From assembly GCA_028534125.1 (NCBI GenBank), contig CM052817.1, positions 74,340,001 to 74,404,000 on the forward strand: 64,000 bases of DNA. The letters run 5' to 3'. The notes under the pieces were generated by a model. It ran no database searches. It saw only the letters and a list, made by a program, of their open reading frames with translations, and was not told the DNA's origin. The translations under genes and the position numbers were made by a program. Below, in pieces: positions 12,928 through 26,246 of the stretch (the stretch's first letter is position 1; every line of letters starts with the position of its first letter). This stretch comes from Lama glama (lineage: Eukaryota).

Positions 12928-15900
12928 GCAGGCTTTTAAATTTTTGGTAAAATTTAAAGTCATGAAAAAAAAAACCCATGATGTAACTGTATGTGGCTGA
13001 ATTAGGTTTCAAATATAGCTCTCCTAACAATAAGAAAAGTCTCTCTCTCTTTATCCAGCCATCTCACATCTATCAAAATGAATTAAAAAAAAAGATGCAA
13101 TATCTCAAAATTCACTTTAACTTTTTATAATGAATGGTCCATTCACTTAATCACTTAATTAACCTCACTGAACTTTGTTTTCTTCAGCCATAAAATAGGA
13201 TTAAGCAGCGTAGCTACCATGCACTGTTGCTGAGAGGTAGAGAAAATGTGTGTAAGATGCTTAGGCTTGTGTTTACACTAAGTACAGAATAAATGTTAGC
13301 TATAATTATTTCCATGAAGTTTTCATTTTCATTGGTCTAGTTTTGGCTTCTTCCATTTTCGACAGTAAGAATAATTAATTTTATAATCAGGAAAAAAAAA
13401 ACAAAACAAAAAGAGTCTTGTAGAAAAAGCTCTGGATGGTACTTACACAATATTGAGCTCCAACAGAAATATAAAGTTCCATGGAGCAGAGGTTGAATTT
13501 CAAAGAGGCTGAGTTTGTGGCTTGGAAATATTTATTCACTGCTTGAAATATTTATTAGTATTATTTAAATATTTTGTTTAATATTTAATGGCAAAAATAC
13601 ATCTTTATGGCAACATGGATCTTTATTTTACACTCATCTATGTATCCTTGATTAAACCTGTATACTTTAAAATTGCCTCAAAACCCCATCCAGTAAAACT
13701 TCAGTGTTTCTAGGTAGGTATTCACAAAACATCAGGTTGAACTTGTCTAAGATTTTTCTTTTTCTGAACATATGGCAAAGAGGTGGGAGCTTACACTTTT
13801 AGTTACTTACACTCACTGGATTTGCCTGGGCTGATATATTTCTGGAACTTTAATATTACTCAAAATAAAGTAGAGAAAACAGTACAAGGAATTTGATTTT
13901 TTCTGACTAGTGGTTGATTGCCAGTGTTGATGGAAGTCTGGCAATTACAGCAATAGAGTCTGATGGCTTTGGATTCTTGAATTTTAAGTTAACTTGAAGG
14001 TGGGTGCTCCACTTTCTGTTCTGCTACTGACTGACTGCCTATAATTATCACATTGTCCTGGTTTTTTAATGTGTAAAATTGGGTTATAATGCTGACTTTT
14101 TCTTTGTTTTTCTCTCTTTCAGAGTATCACTATTTTCTAGATTCTTTACAGTAGAGTGTAACAATGCATATAATATATCCAGATAAAATTAAACTAGGTA
14201 ACTAAGAAAATCACCACAAGGGAATACTGAAATGAGAGAAAATGGAACTAGGAGTAGTAAAATGTTTGCCAAGAGATACTCTGTGCTTGTTGGATATGGG
14301 CCATGATTTTGACTGCGTGTTCTCTAACAGCCAACAAAAAAGAAAAGAAAATGTATTACACAATGTGGAAGGTCAGTAGATAAAACTGACCTTATCAATA
14401 GCCGTAGAAAACCCAGAAAAAAACAGTTGCTCCGGAGATAACATGCTCCCCAGAACTTCTCTGCAGGAGATACAATAACACTGTCATAGGGCAACTTCTT
14501 ATAAACTTCTTCAAAATAGACCAACAAGAGTACACCAAAACACAATTCTCTGTGATCAATCTAGGTGGGACTGGAACACTATAAATTCAGGTATAAGCTT
14601 TCTGATGGAAGCACCTGGAGACATGGAAGGGTGGCACAACTTTTAAGCAGTCTTCAATTGACCACATTTCTTTCAAATGAGCCTTGTTAAGAACTGGATT
14701 GTATTCACAACACACTGCCAGTTACATTTCAAGTTAATTGCCAGTTAAGTTTCAACAGAGCTGGCAAGGAGAACTGACATTCTCTTGTGCAAGTTGAGCT
14801 TAGCGAGGACCGTGCCAGAACAGAGAGCCGCTTTACCTCTTTGTGCAGATGGGCTGAGGAGTCACCTGTGGGCAAGGCCAGATCTCCTCATGAATAAGAG
14901 CCATGGGATGAGGTTGTCCAAAAGGATGGAAAAAAGTTAAAATGAAATAGTAAGTGACAAGACAGACATTTAATTAGATGACGTCTAAAAAAAAAAGCAA
15001 AGATAAGGTATAATTTTAAGGCAAGAGAACTTATCCCAAAGACAAAATATAAATTTTAAAATATGGAAGAAGCAATTTTAAGAAAATGAAGCCTGAAAAT
15101 AAATAGATGCCAAAGAAGCAAGGTCTAAATAGTGTAAAGTTAAGAAAGAGATTATTAAGACTAAAAAGTAGTTTTTAAGACTATAAAATAAGTTAAATTA
15201 TGTTTATTTAAAATATAGGGATAAGCTTTTAAGTTAAAGAAAAATAAGAGGCAGAAGATCTAAAATATAAAAATGAATTAGAATAAAAATCAGAAGTAAA
15301 CGTTATACAATTATCAATATTATTATATTGATATATCAATATATTGTTATCAATAATAAATTTTAAGTCAATGTTGAGGTGATGAACCACAGAAATCATG
15401 TTTTAAGGCAAAAAACTCAGCCATGCTCTAGGCAGGCTAGCAAGAGGAGTCCTTAGTTAAGAAAGATGCTTGGTTGGAGGTGACTTCCCAAGTCATCGGA
15501 AGATGTGTCCTTCCTGAAAGAGCAGAGCTATGCAAATTCTTCAGCTTATATTTTTAGTAAAGAGCTTCACTCCTGTTATAAACATTCATAATTATAAACA
15601 AAATTGTGATACACATTCATGTATCTACATCTTTACATTCATTTTTTGTTTTTTAGGATAAAGTACTGAAAGTTTAGTCGGCTAAAATACATACACATTT
15701 AAAAAAGGTTTTTAATGATACATAATGTCAATTTGTCTTCCTGGGGCTGGTAGCAATTTGTATTCAATTAACTGTGCATAAAACATCAATTTCACTTCCC
15801 CCTTCTCTAACACTGTTTTCTTTGGTAATCTGATAGCTAGAAAATATCTTGTCTCAAATTGTGCTTCTCTGTTCCTGAAATTGAACCGATTCTTATGAAA

Positions 15901-17057
15901 GAAAATCAGAACTTAATCCTTCCTCTTGCCTCTCTCCGTTAATTTTGGTATAAATGTTAGAATACTTCTCACAAGGTAAATAACTTAATTGGCAAATAAT
16001 TTTGGAGTAGTCACTACATATAAAACATGTTTGCTCGTATTCCTTTTGTTAAACAGGCCTTTACCAAACATCCCGCTTACTGGTTAGTTCTCAAATCTGG
16101 CTTGATTCCTACGAATCAGTAAAATGGAGATGATTAATTAGTGACAATAGTTGTTTGAATTCCCAAGGTTATTTGGTAACATAAAACATGCTGACTCGTA
16201 TGAACTTCCAGTTAGTTTAATTAAAATTTAAAATGAAACAATAAATTAAACTCAAATTGCTCTATTGAACAATCAAGAATAGTTGTCTTTTATGATAATC
16301 AAGTTGTATTATCAGTTTTTTTGGTATTTTTGGGTATTATCTGAACCTGAACATTAAAACAAAGTGACATAAATTAACATGAAATTTAAATTGCAGGTAA
16401 TACACAATTCAAATTTTATTTTCTAAATATACTTTATGAACTACACATTTATATTCTTGTCTACTGCATACTGAGTTTTTCTTCTTTGGCTTTTAAAATG
16501 TTTTCATATTGCCCATTTAGATGATACTGAATATTCAGAAGATAGGGTCAACATAGAAACTATTCTAAGGTCAGTGAACAGGAAAATTTGGTTGGTATAT
16601 TAAGAAATATTTACATCCCTCACAAAAATAGTTTCAATATTGACAAGGGAAGAGAGATGGCCTCACATTTTAAAATTAGATTTCAGATTGCAACATATAC
16701 AACCATAGGAAAGATTTAAAATTTCTTAGAGAAAATAAAGATTATAAAATAATTTAGTCAAAATTTTCAAGTAGCTTACACATTCATGGAAATTGTTCAA
16801 AATGTACAAAACTATTTGAAAGTCCTAAAAAAAATTCAAAATTGAAATTTCATTAGATACTATTTGAATACTTTTCCCATGCTTTAATAGAGTTCACTAA
16901 GAATAGCTTTCAGTAAGCAAAGAGATATTAAAGTTTAAATCTAAGACTTTAATTTTAGCAAAACAGTTGACTAGTTGAGCAGAAAAACCCCTCCCAGCTT
17001 CGAATGACTGAAACAATGGGTTAAATGTTAAAAAAAAAATGTTTTAAAATCATAGCT

Positions 17058-17197
17058 GGGGGAGGGTATAGCTCAAGTGGTAGAGCACATGCTTAGCACA
17101 CACAGGGTCCTGGGTTCAATCTTCATTACCTCCTCTAAAAATAAATAAACAAACAGACCTAATTACCTCCCTCTGCCCCCTAAAAATAAAATAAATA
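17058..17197 (+). mobile_element. tRNA-derived SINE, camelid vic-1-like
   Basis: GGGGGAGGGTATAGCTCAAGTGGTAGAGC head, Pol III A box at 17069-17080, B box GGTTCAATC at 17113-17121, A-rich tail, and TSD AAAATCATAGCT/AAAATCGCAGCT. Confidence 0.9.
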
Positions 17198-17513
17198 AAA
17201 ATCGCAGCTAAGGTGGTAGTAAATTAAGAAAAAACATCAGAGGGCAGAATTGACAAGAAAACACAAATCCAGAATGGTAAGTGAGCACTGGAGTGTTTGC
17301 CTGGAGAACCCCTAACACTTGTCAGCAACCTTGGGCCTGGATTGTAAATTCTTATGCACCCACGGAGGTGGGAGGCAAATCGTGGGTCTGAGTTTCATAG
17401 AAGGCTGGGTCAGCAATAGCCTCACTTCCCAGAGGACAACACCTTCAGTGACTGAACTTAAGGAGAAATCATCTTTTAGACGGAGATGTTGAGAGTACTT
17501 GCCCATCTAGCCT

Positions 17514-17760
17514 TGTGTATTATGATTTTTAGTGTTTAATAATGCTTTGATATCTTGGGGCCTTGCCAGTCTGGGAGAGACTGTCCCTCCCAGGGCTACC
17601 TAATTCTTAGAGTTAGCAAACAACTTCCCTGTGAGCATGCCTTTCATGCACAAGGCAAATAATCCTGAGTCCATACCCTCAAATACCTCCTTTATGTAAC
17701 TCTCATATACCAAGCCAAAATTCCTCTTGCCCTAAATCATCATAAGACCACAGATATTGG
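17514..17760 (+). mobile_element. ERVL LTR fragment, MER74-like
   Basis: atgctttgatatcttggggccttgccagtctgggagagactgtccctcccagggctacctaattcttagag. Confidence 0.7.
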
Positions 17761-17919
17761 TCATGAATTCACACTACTGTGTGGCTGAAAACCCAAGCCA
17801 ATAATTAAGTTAAAGTGATTCTGGATCAGCAGTGGCCTCAAGAGCCTGGCAAAAGAAAACAGAAATCTGCTATGGGGGAAAGTACTTGAAACACAACTTT
17901 CACTTCTAAGAGTTCCAAT

Positions 17920-18690
17920 GAATATCATCTCCCAATAAAATGTCATTAAAAACATGATGAAATGAGCCATAAGCAAGGTTAGCAGAAACAAAACATTATG
18001 AGCCATACCTGCAAAGCCTGTAGATGTTAAAATAATCAGAAGAATATACATAAGTACTTTTAAAATTCTTTAAGAAAAGAGCGAATTAAAAATGTAAACA
18101 AAGACCAATATTACTACTGATAAAGAACCAAACAGAAGTTCTAAAAACTAAAATATAAAATTAGACTAAAAAACCTAATTGATGGATAAAATAACACATT
18201 ACACAGTTGAGGAAAGAATTACTAAATGGAAGACTGATGCAAAAAATTACCCAGGATGCGGCAAAGAGAGAAGAAAACAAAAATATGAAAGAGATGGCAG
18301 AAGGAGAGTGCTCACATACTCCTAATGGTAGTTCCAGAATAATAAAATATTAAGAAAAAATATTTGAAGAGATAATTGTCATTTCAGGTACACCAATATC
18401 AAATTCAGGAAACTCAGTGAGTCCCAAGGAGGTAAATAAAAAAAAATACACACCTAAACATAGTGAAATCAAGATATTAATGAAAAAGAGGAGATAGTTA
18501 AAATATCAGAGAGTAAAAACGATTAATCACAAAGGAAGAACAATTGTATTAAAAGTTGGTTTCTCAACAGTGGAAACTGAAGTCAGAAAAAAGTGAAATA
18601 ATACATTGTAAACACTGAGAGAAAATAATTGGTACCGTAGCATTTCAGATGAGGCAGAACTTTCTTTCACAAATGAAATGTACACGGGTA
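17920..18690 (+). mobile_element. Ancient L1M/HAL1 ORF1-region remnant
   Basis: acagttgaggaaagaattactaaatggaag...aaaatatttgaagagataattg...ttctcaacagtggaaactgaagtcagaa. Confidence 0.65.
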
Positions 18691-21600
18691 TTTTACACAA
18701 GAAAAAGAATTCAAGTTACTGGCTGTTAATATGTAGTCTTGTCTGCTTTAGAACATGAATCATGTAATCAGTTAAAGCTCTCCCTTCCCCAGAGTCCAGG
18801 ACATGGAGTTTGTGCTTAATGATGGGAGTGCAAACAGTTCTCTCAGAACCTTGCCCCTCTTTGAGCCTTTAGTGTGCTGGTGTTCAGGCAGTGAGGAAGA
18901 AGAGTCAAAATATGTATATACACAACTACCTGTGAATAATTGGCTGATGTTTACTTTGTTCGTTGAAACTGCTCTTCCATTACTTAAACCAAGAATTCTC
19001 CATGGGTGGACTGCCCTTCCCTTCCTGTCAGTTGCAGCTACTTCTCTGTGTTAGGCATCCAGATGCTGGTTTTCTCATGGGCAGGTCTTCTGTGGAAGGC
19101 TCTAAGGGACTCACCCTTTATAGTTCTGGCTTGGGAAAGTCAGCTGAGGCTGGACCACGTACTACTCCTCATTTCTGCCAGGAGAAGTTTACTTCATTAC
19201 TTCTTGTGGTTGGGGATTCCTATCCTAGTTTGTAGCTCTCTTAGGGAGTGCTATGTAAATTAACTCAATGTCTAAATGACACCTGTAGTGACTGTGGGAA
19301 ACACAGATAGCCCACATCACACAGCAAGAGTACAGGCTGTGCCCCCTTGCAGTTTCTTTTCATAAGGTCTCTTGCCCTTCTCTTTTGTCATCAGCAGCTT
19401 TACGTCTAGGGCAGCAAGTGCCCCGCTGGTTCAGTTCCTTAGAAACTTTCACAAGACAGATGCTCACCCGTCACAACTTAGTGGAAGGAGTAATGTGTCT
19501 GGCATCCTCAACCTTGTAGGATGGGAAAGGATATATTGAAAGCTCCTTCTCACCGACAAGAGGAGTATGGGAAACTGCTCCATCAGCTCTGATTCCTGTA
19601 AAAGATGACTTCCAGCCTTCTGTCTCTTCATATGGGGAAGTGGAGGGTTGGGATGGCAGAAGTTTCCAACTGCATTGAAATAGTGCCTCTCAGCAATCCT
19701 CTCTGCAAAGTGTTTGGCCCTGATAGTTTTTTGATTTCAGAATTTGACATTACTTGACTTTAGAATGTGGATTTTGGACATTAATTCTGGGAAAGTAGGA
19801 AAGTATATTTTCACCACTTGGTGTTAGACTGTGGACTCTAAGGCATTAATTCTGGGACTGTAAGAAAGTTTTCCACTGGGATTCTACAACACTGTGTTTT
19901 AATGACATGACTTATCATCAAAGACAAACATTGTCCTTTGCCTAAATGTTATGCAAGCATCATTAAAGATCATTGAATTCTCTGAACTATATTAAAAACT
20001 AATGTTTGTAGTAAAACAATACAAGTTATAAAATATGGGCAACTGTGGTTGTTGGCGATAACAGCCAACTATAAATAGCATTAGAAATACACAATGAAAG
20101 TAAATTATGTGCAATTAAATATAGATAAGAAAGCATTCTAGTTTGCAGAATTGTCCAGAATGAATAGGATATAGAGCCATGCAATCTGAGAACTTTTCGG
20201 GTACTAATTTCCTTTATATATTCAATTTCATACTTCCAAGACTTATTCTGAGTCTTAAACTACCTAAGGCCTGAAGGGAAAACTCATTTTCTATTCTTAT
20301 TTCTACTCCCTCTATGCTTAGTCAGATTAGCACAATAATAATAAAAAATTTGGGTGACCATTTTAATCTAGTTTTAATACAAATTAGTATAAGAAAAAGG
20401 CAAGTTCCTTCCACACAGAATATTCAGCCAAAGGTATAATTAAATGAAAAATTGATTCAAGGCCACACTTTCTCATCTGATGGCCAAAGATCAGTTGAGT
20501 TTGTTTTTATTTAATGTTTATTTCGTTATAAATTCTTCCTGATTTTATACTAAGTTATTTTCAGACTTTGTCCTTCAAGAAGAACTCAAATCCCTGTCAC
20601 ATCTAGCCTCTTTGAAAGTCATTACATTTCTTTAGAAAAACAATTAAGAAATCCTAACTTAAAGGTATAACAATAGTCTTATTCACTGATTAGCTTCTTA
20701 ATAATTAAAAAGCAAAGGGTGGCTGTAATGAATGAAGATTGATTTTGACGCAATGCTCAGCATATATCTACGAAGAAATTTAGCACGCTTGTAGTTGATG
20801 TAGTTAGGAGAAGTAAAGCTCTTGGAAACACAGCTAAGAAGTTTATGAACTGACTTGTCTGATGCGACGCTTAGGCTCTCCAGGGAGAGCTGATCACAAA
20901 CACCTGAACCATCTGAATGGCTGCTGGCGGAATGAAATTTGGCAATAATTGGTTTAAATAAAGTTTCCATTTACAGTTAAAATAAGGAGTGATACTTTTA
21001 ATAAATCCACAAAATCACACACTGGAAAACAGAAATAATTTTTTGAAGTTTCATTTTATGGAAGAAATATATCTTCAAGATACATTCTCAAAACTTCATT
21101 TTGGAAATGTCTGTTACCTTATAATCATTCGAAAGCAAACATGGAAAAAGTTTCCCTCATTTACTGATTTAAAAAAATATAATTAACTGGTTAAGATGCA
21201 TAAGAAAGAATAGGTTCTCTAATCTCTTTCCCAAGCTACCTATTTTAAATTCTTATCATTTATAGAAAAGAACTAACTCTAACGTTTCTCAAGTTGCATT
21301 CTTTAGTTTTGAATATATAAGGGGAAAAGGCAGAATATTTTATTGGCAAAAACTATTGTTTCTGATTGGCCCTTCTTTTTGAGAAAACTCCACTGTTGCA
21401 TATGATTTCTTTCAATATGCTAAAAAAAATCACTGCTATAAAATTTCACTTTTGTCAACTATTTAACATTTCCATCATTTTGAAAAAGCTAAAATATTAT
21501 GCTTCATTATGTTATTTGTGAACATACTTTTCTCTTCCAATATTCAATATGCGTTAATGATGCAAGCAGACACTTCTTGGGTTCTCTGGTGTCACTCTGT

Positions 21601-22939
21601 CTGCCTCTTGGAATCACATGAAATGGTCTAATGCATGATTTAATGTCAACATTATGGCTTCAAATATTCTTCTCTAAAAGAAAACCAGAACTTCTTGAAA
21701 TACAGATGACGCTACCTCTTAAGATTGAAAAAATAAGAATGGACTTAAAATATCTTAATGTTATCAAAAACAAGGATGCTTTCAGAAATATCTGAGGTAG
21801 TATGAAAAAAAAGGAAAAGAGGCTAGTTTGTGAGAGGACTTCCATGGGCCCAGGATATCAACTTTAACATTAAAAAGGAAAAAATGATAATAGTCAATTT
21901 AAGCACGTTAATCATGTTAAAAGAACACATGATTCTGTGATGAAATGAAGACAGCACAAGTTAAAAAGTGATTATAATGCTCTTGTAGGCTTCCAATACT
22001 TGAATAAAAAGTGCAATATATTAATCTCAACTATTTGAGACAGACACTAAAGTTTTGATCAATGATAGATTTTTAAGATGCAGAAGTTGATCCTTCTTTA
22101 TTTTTTAATGGAGATAAAAATGTTGAGACAAACATACGTAAAAGATGGGAAAATGTCTTGTTTTCAAGGTGGGGAAATGTATTTGAATTAGTTAAGAAAA
22201 ATAAAATGTCAGTAAATCAAAGGGAAAGAATACAAATCAACAAGACCTTGTAAAAAAAACCCAGGAAAATTAACATGAGGGAAACTGCAGAATGCTTGCA
22301 TTTTAATGATACAAAAGTGAGGCCAACCAAGAACATAGAGGGACTTTGACCCAGTGGCGTAGGTTTTAAGGAAATGAATCGTGTATTTAGGTTGCCTTGG
22401 CAACAGGTGTGTCTTCTTACGCCAAGAGATTATAATGAGAAAACCACATGAACATGAAGTAAATCATAAATAGAGGTAGCCCTATCTCCCTTGCAGACAG
22501 GATTGGAAGCGAGTTTGGAACAGGTGTACACCATCAACAAAAGATGAAGTCATGAGAGAGAACATTCGAGTGGTGTCCCAGAGGGAGAAGTGGAACCTCT
22601 ATGCTCACAAGCGTCTGAGAATGGCACAAACCTGTTGTTTTTTCCTACTGATTTCAGTTGAAGTCAGGGAAATAAATAAATCATGTACGCACATATGCAC
22701 ATCATTAGAATCACTGCTGGGAAAGAACCTTGCACTGGGAAACTGTGGGAGGTCATTTTTGTGGTTGTCTGTGTAAGGTGGCTTTGGATCCAGAGTATTG
22801 TAGCAGTCTGGGCTCTGGATGACTCTCCTGGCTCTAATTAACACATGGAATCTGGATACGTCCCTCACATATAATGATTCCACTTCTATTAGATTTCTTT
22901 CAGTAATAGGAAACATGGTGTCTTCCAAGTCTACCACGT

Positions 22940-23045
22940 TCCACTGAAGGCAGAACTAATTGCTAGAAAGTTCTTGCTTATATTGAGCTAAAATTTGCCT
23001 CTCAGTAATTTCAATCTGTTAGTCCTAGGTTTGCTTTAGAGTCAC
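22940..23045 (-). mobile_element. L3/CR1 fragment
   Basis: aattgctagaaagttcttgcttatattgagctaaaatttgcctctcagtaatttc. Confidence 0.6.
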
Positions 23046-26000
23046 TTATGACAGTTTTAAAAACACTTTAATCTATTCATGAGCTCCAAGGAGTTTCAGC
23101 TAACACTTCTTATAATGTGTTTAACACTGATATGCCTCTTAGCCTGTACTTCTGTTATTAAGAGTAATAAATAATAATAAACTTTTACTATTTATAGTAA
23201 TAATAATAATATTGTATTATTATTTGTTATTATGCACACATCACTTTATATTTTATAAACAAATAGGAACAACAACTTTCCCTGGGTCTCTCCAGGCTTG
23301 AGAGTAAGTATGAGGAATTGAAAGGAGAAGGGAGGATTACCTCATTATTTGATTTCAGATGGTTTATTGTTTGTTGTTCTGTTAACCACCTACAGCCAAA
23401 GGATGAAGTGAGACTCAGGTGAGAGTCAGGTGAGACTCATGAGGGATTTGTCAAGTTTAAGGAAATGAGTGACATATATTTTTAAACAGTATAATTTGTG
23501 AAAAATCAGTTTTGCCTTTTACTGCCTTGCTTTGATTTAGTCCAAACTTCTCTCTTTTAGGAAATTAAGGCCCTATACAAATGGTTGCTCTAAGAGAACA
23601 AAGCTCTCCTACAAAGTTCTCATGTTTCTCATCCTACAAAATAATTTAAAAAACCAAAAAATTAAGGACTTGGATCTTAGTAATACAATTTTGTGGGGGT
23701 TTTTTCCTCTGTAGAGGATATACACCAGCAATGTGAAGCTTCTATCTATTTTTCTTCCACTTATGTATTAAGATTGGTTTTCTCATTCAGAGAAAGGTAG
23801 TAAAGTAAATAAAATGAAGTTATCAATATTTTCTATGAAACAGGCATTTACTCTCTTTTCACACACAATTGTAGGAAGTTCACTCAGTAACACTGGTTTA
23901 ATTCTTGATTCCTGGAGAATTTCTAAGACAACACATACTGTGAGTGTGAGGTGAGAACTAGGTGAATCGTTTTAACGTGGCAAATTCGATCATATTGCTC
24001 ATTATTTATTAGGCATATTCATATCTTAAAGGATATGTCAAGGTTTTAAAAAGACTTAATAAACAATAATAGTAGCAATATCAATAATACATTTTGTAAG
24101 ATAAAGAGATATTAGAACATTTAAACAGTAGCTGAAATCTATAGGTTCAAGTTCCTTCACTCCATGAAATTAAAAGGTTTTGGAAGTCAGATTTCAGAAA
24201 TTCATATTTTGCATGTAATTAGTGTGCAAAATACTTTTTAGTGTAAGAGAAAAGACAAGCACTGACAGAGGAAATTTTCAAAGATTTACGTGGCAGTATT
24301 TCACGAGCATGTGCAGCATCAAAATCAGCTGATGAAATGTCTCAGCTCAATAACTGGCAGCTTACAAAGAGATTTTAAACACAAATGTCAAAAGAGAAAG
24401 ATGCTTTAAAGGGCAAATAAATTATGAAGTAAATTAGTGTTAATAACAAATTATAAGGAAATTAGAATATTTCCATATTGATTTAAAAAAACCCAAGATT
24501 TATTTAAAAATTTTAAAGGAAAATAAATAAAATAATTCATGGTGGAAAAAAATGGCGAAATGATGTTTAGAGAGAAAAGAAGGACTATAATGTATTAATA
24601 ATCTGAAGTGTATTGAAACTCTAACTTTGTTTTTAATAGGAAGAGCTAGGTGAAATTTAGAGGTAGAATTAGGTAACTCAAAATAGCTATGGTTTCTTTA
24701 AAGTTACCAGTCAACTTAAGACAATTTAAAATAATTCAATATAGTAACTAAAATTGTCCTGTAACAGCCTATTAGGTATTTAATAAATGTATCAATGCTC
24801 AGAGTTAGTAGGATATAATTTATTAAACTACTTTTTGCTTAAAAGAATTAATGCAGTTTAATAGAAAACGGTGATTCATTTCTTTTGTTCAAAAGTACTT
24901 AAATCTTACATTAATTTTACTTACAAAAGTGATCATAAACATAAAAGTATTGATAATTCAGGCAAATAGAAATAATATAAATATTTAACAATTCATAATC
25001 TACAAAGCAGAGCCTTGCTTAGTTTTATCATGCATAGTAATAATGTGAATCCACTGAAAATTAGTTAATATCCTGTCAGTGTATTCCTTTTTCCACTAGG
25101 AAATATAGCAAGACAAACTTTTGAGCTGCAAACACATTTCGTTATTTAATAGTAATAGTTGTAATTTGTTCTGGAACCATAATTCAAGCAAACATTATAT
25201 GATTATGTGATTATAATTAAATATAAAAATATATACAAAGATAGTTGTGAACCTGGTAATAGTAAATAAAGTTATCTATTGTTGAAATATGATCACTACC
25301 TTTGACTGTAGGTAAAAATACAAATTTCAGTCAGTAGTCTTTTTCATTCTTTTTTTAGGTTGGAACTTAAATGGCAATTTGGAACAGCACATCCTAATAT
25401 GAAAGTTTGCTCAACGACTTTTTTAAAGATAGGAACACAGAACTAACAGGAGTTAATATTAAATTTCAGGGAGTGGGTTTGCTTAGTTTTTAGAGATAGT
25501 AAATACATTATGTATTTATTGAAAGTTGAGGAAGGAAAGGTAAGTGTGAGAAGGAGAAAAGAGACAGAGGAGTAGGAAATAAAGAAATGGCAGGAGAAAC
25601 AGTGGCAGTGGTGGAGTAGGGCAGGGCAGAGAATCAGGACAGGCACTGAAAAGATAAGAACAACAGAAAGGGATCTGAAGGGAATCCATGTTTTCTTAGT
25701 CAAATGTTATATAATCAGAAAGCCATACATGCATATATACATGCCTCTTTGTTTATATTTATTAGCAAATTTGGTTAGAATTGAGTTTGAATCATGATTA
25801 TTAAACATGAATCAATTGTGAATGAAATGCATATACAGATTTAATTGCACTTACCACTCAATATATCATTCACATTGCCTCAGTTTCGTGATTTAATTTC
25901 AAAGAGATTGGAATTAAATAATTAAAAATTAGTTACATACAGCTTCAATCAGTTGAAAGAAACCAGTTGGCAAGACACCTGGTGACAGTCATCTGTGACA

Positions 26001-26246
26001 TGTAAAGGGGGAGATGTTTATTTAGGTCCCACTAATTCCCACATGCTGGTTAACATGGTAGGAAAAAAGATTTAAAATAATGAATGATTATATTAGAACT
26101 TTTTTGTTCTGTATTCAACATTAATTTAATGCTTCAGTGTGCAAGACACTTTGCTAGGAATATATCGGTTTTATCACTGGATTTGGGTAAGTATCTGGGA
26201 GTGGAATTGCTGTGTCATAGGGTAAGCACACAGTAGACATTCCTAC

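Noticed and set aside
17058..17130. tRNA gene
   Set aside because: The acceptor and T stems are degenerate, and an A-rich tail and TSD are present, so it is a SINE.
23408..23441. Three 11-bp units GTGAGA(C/G)TCA(G/T) as a CRISPR-like or regulatory array
   Set aside because: There are no spacers and only three contiguous units in a mammalian context. This is an ordinary micro-tandem duplication, like those near 9779, 30483 and 51419.
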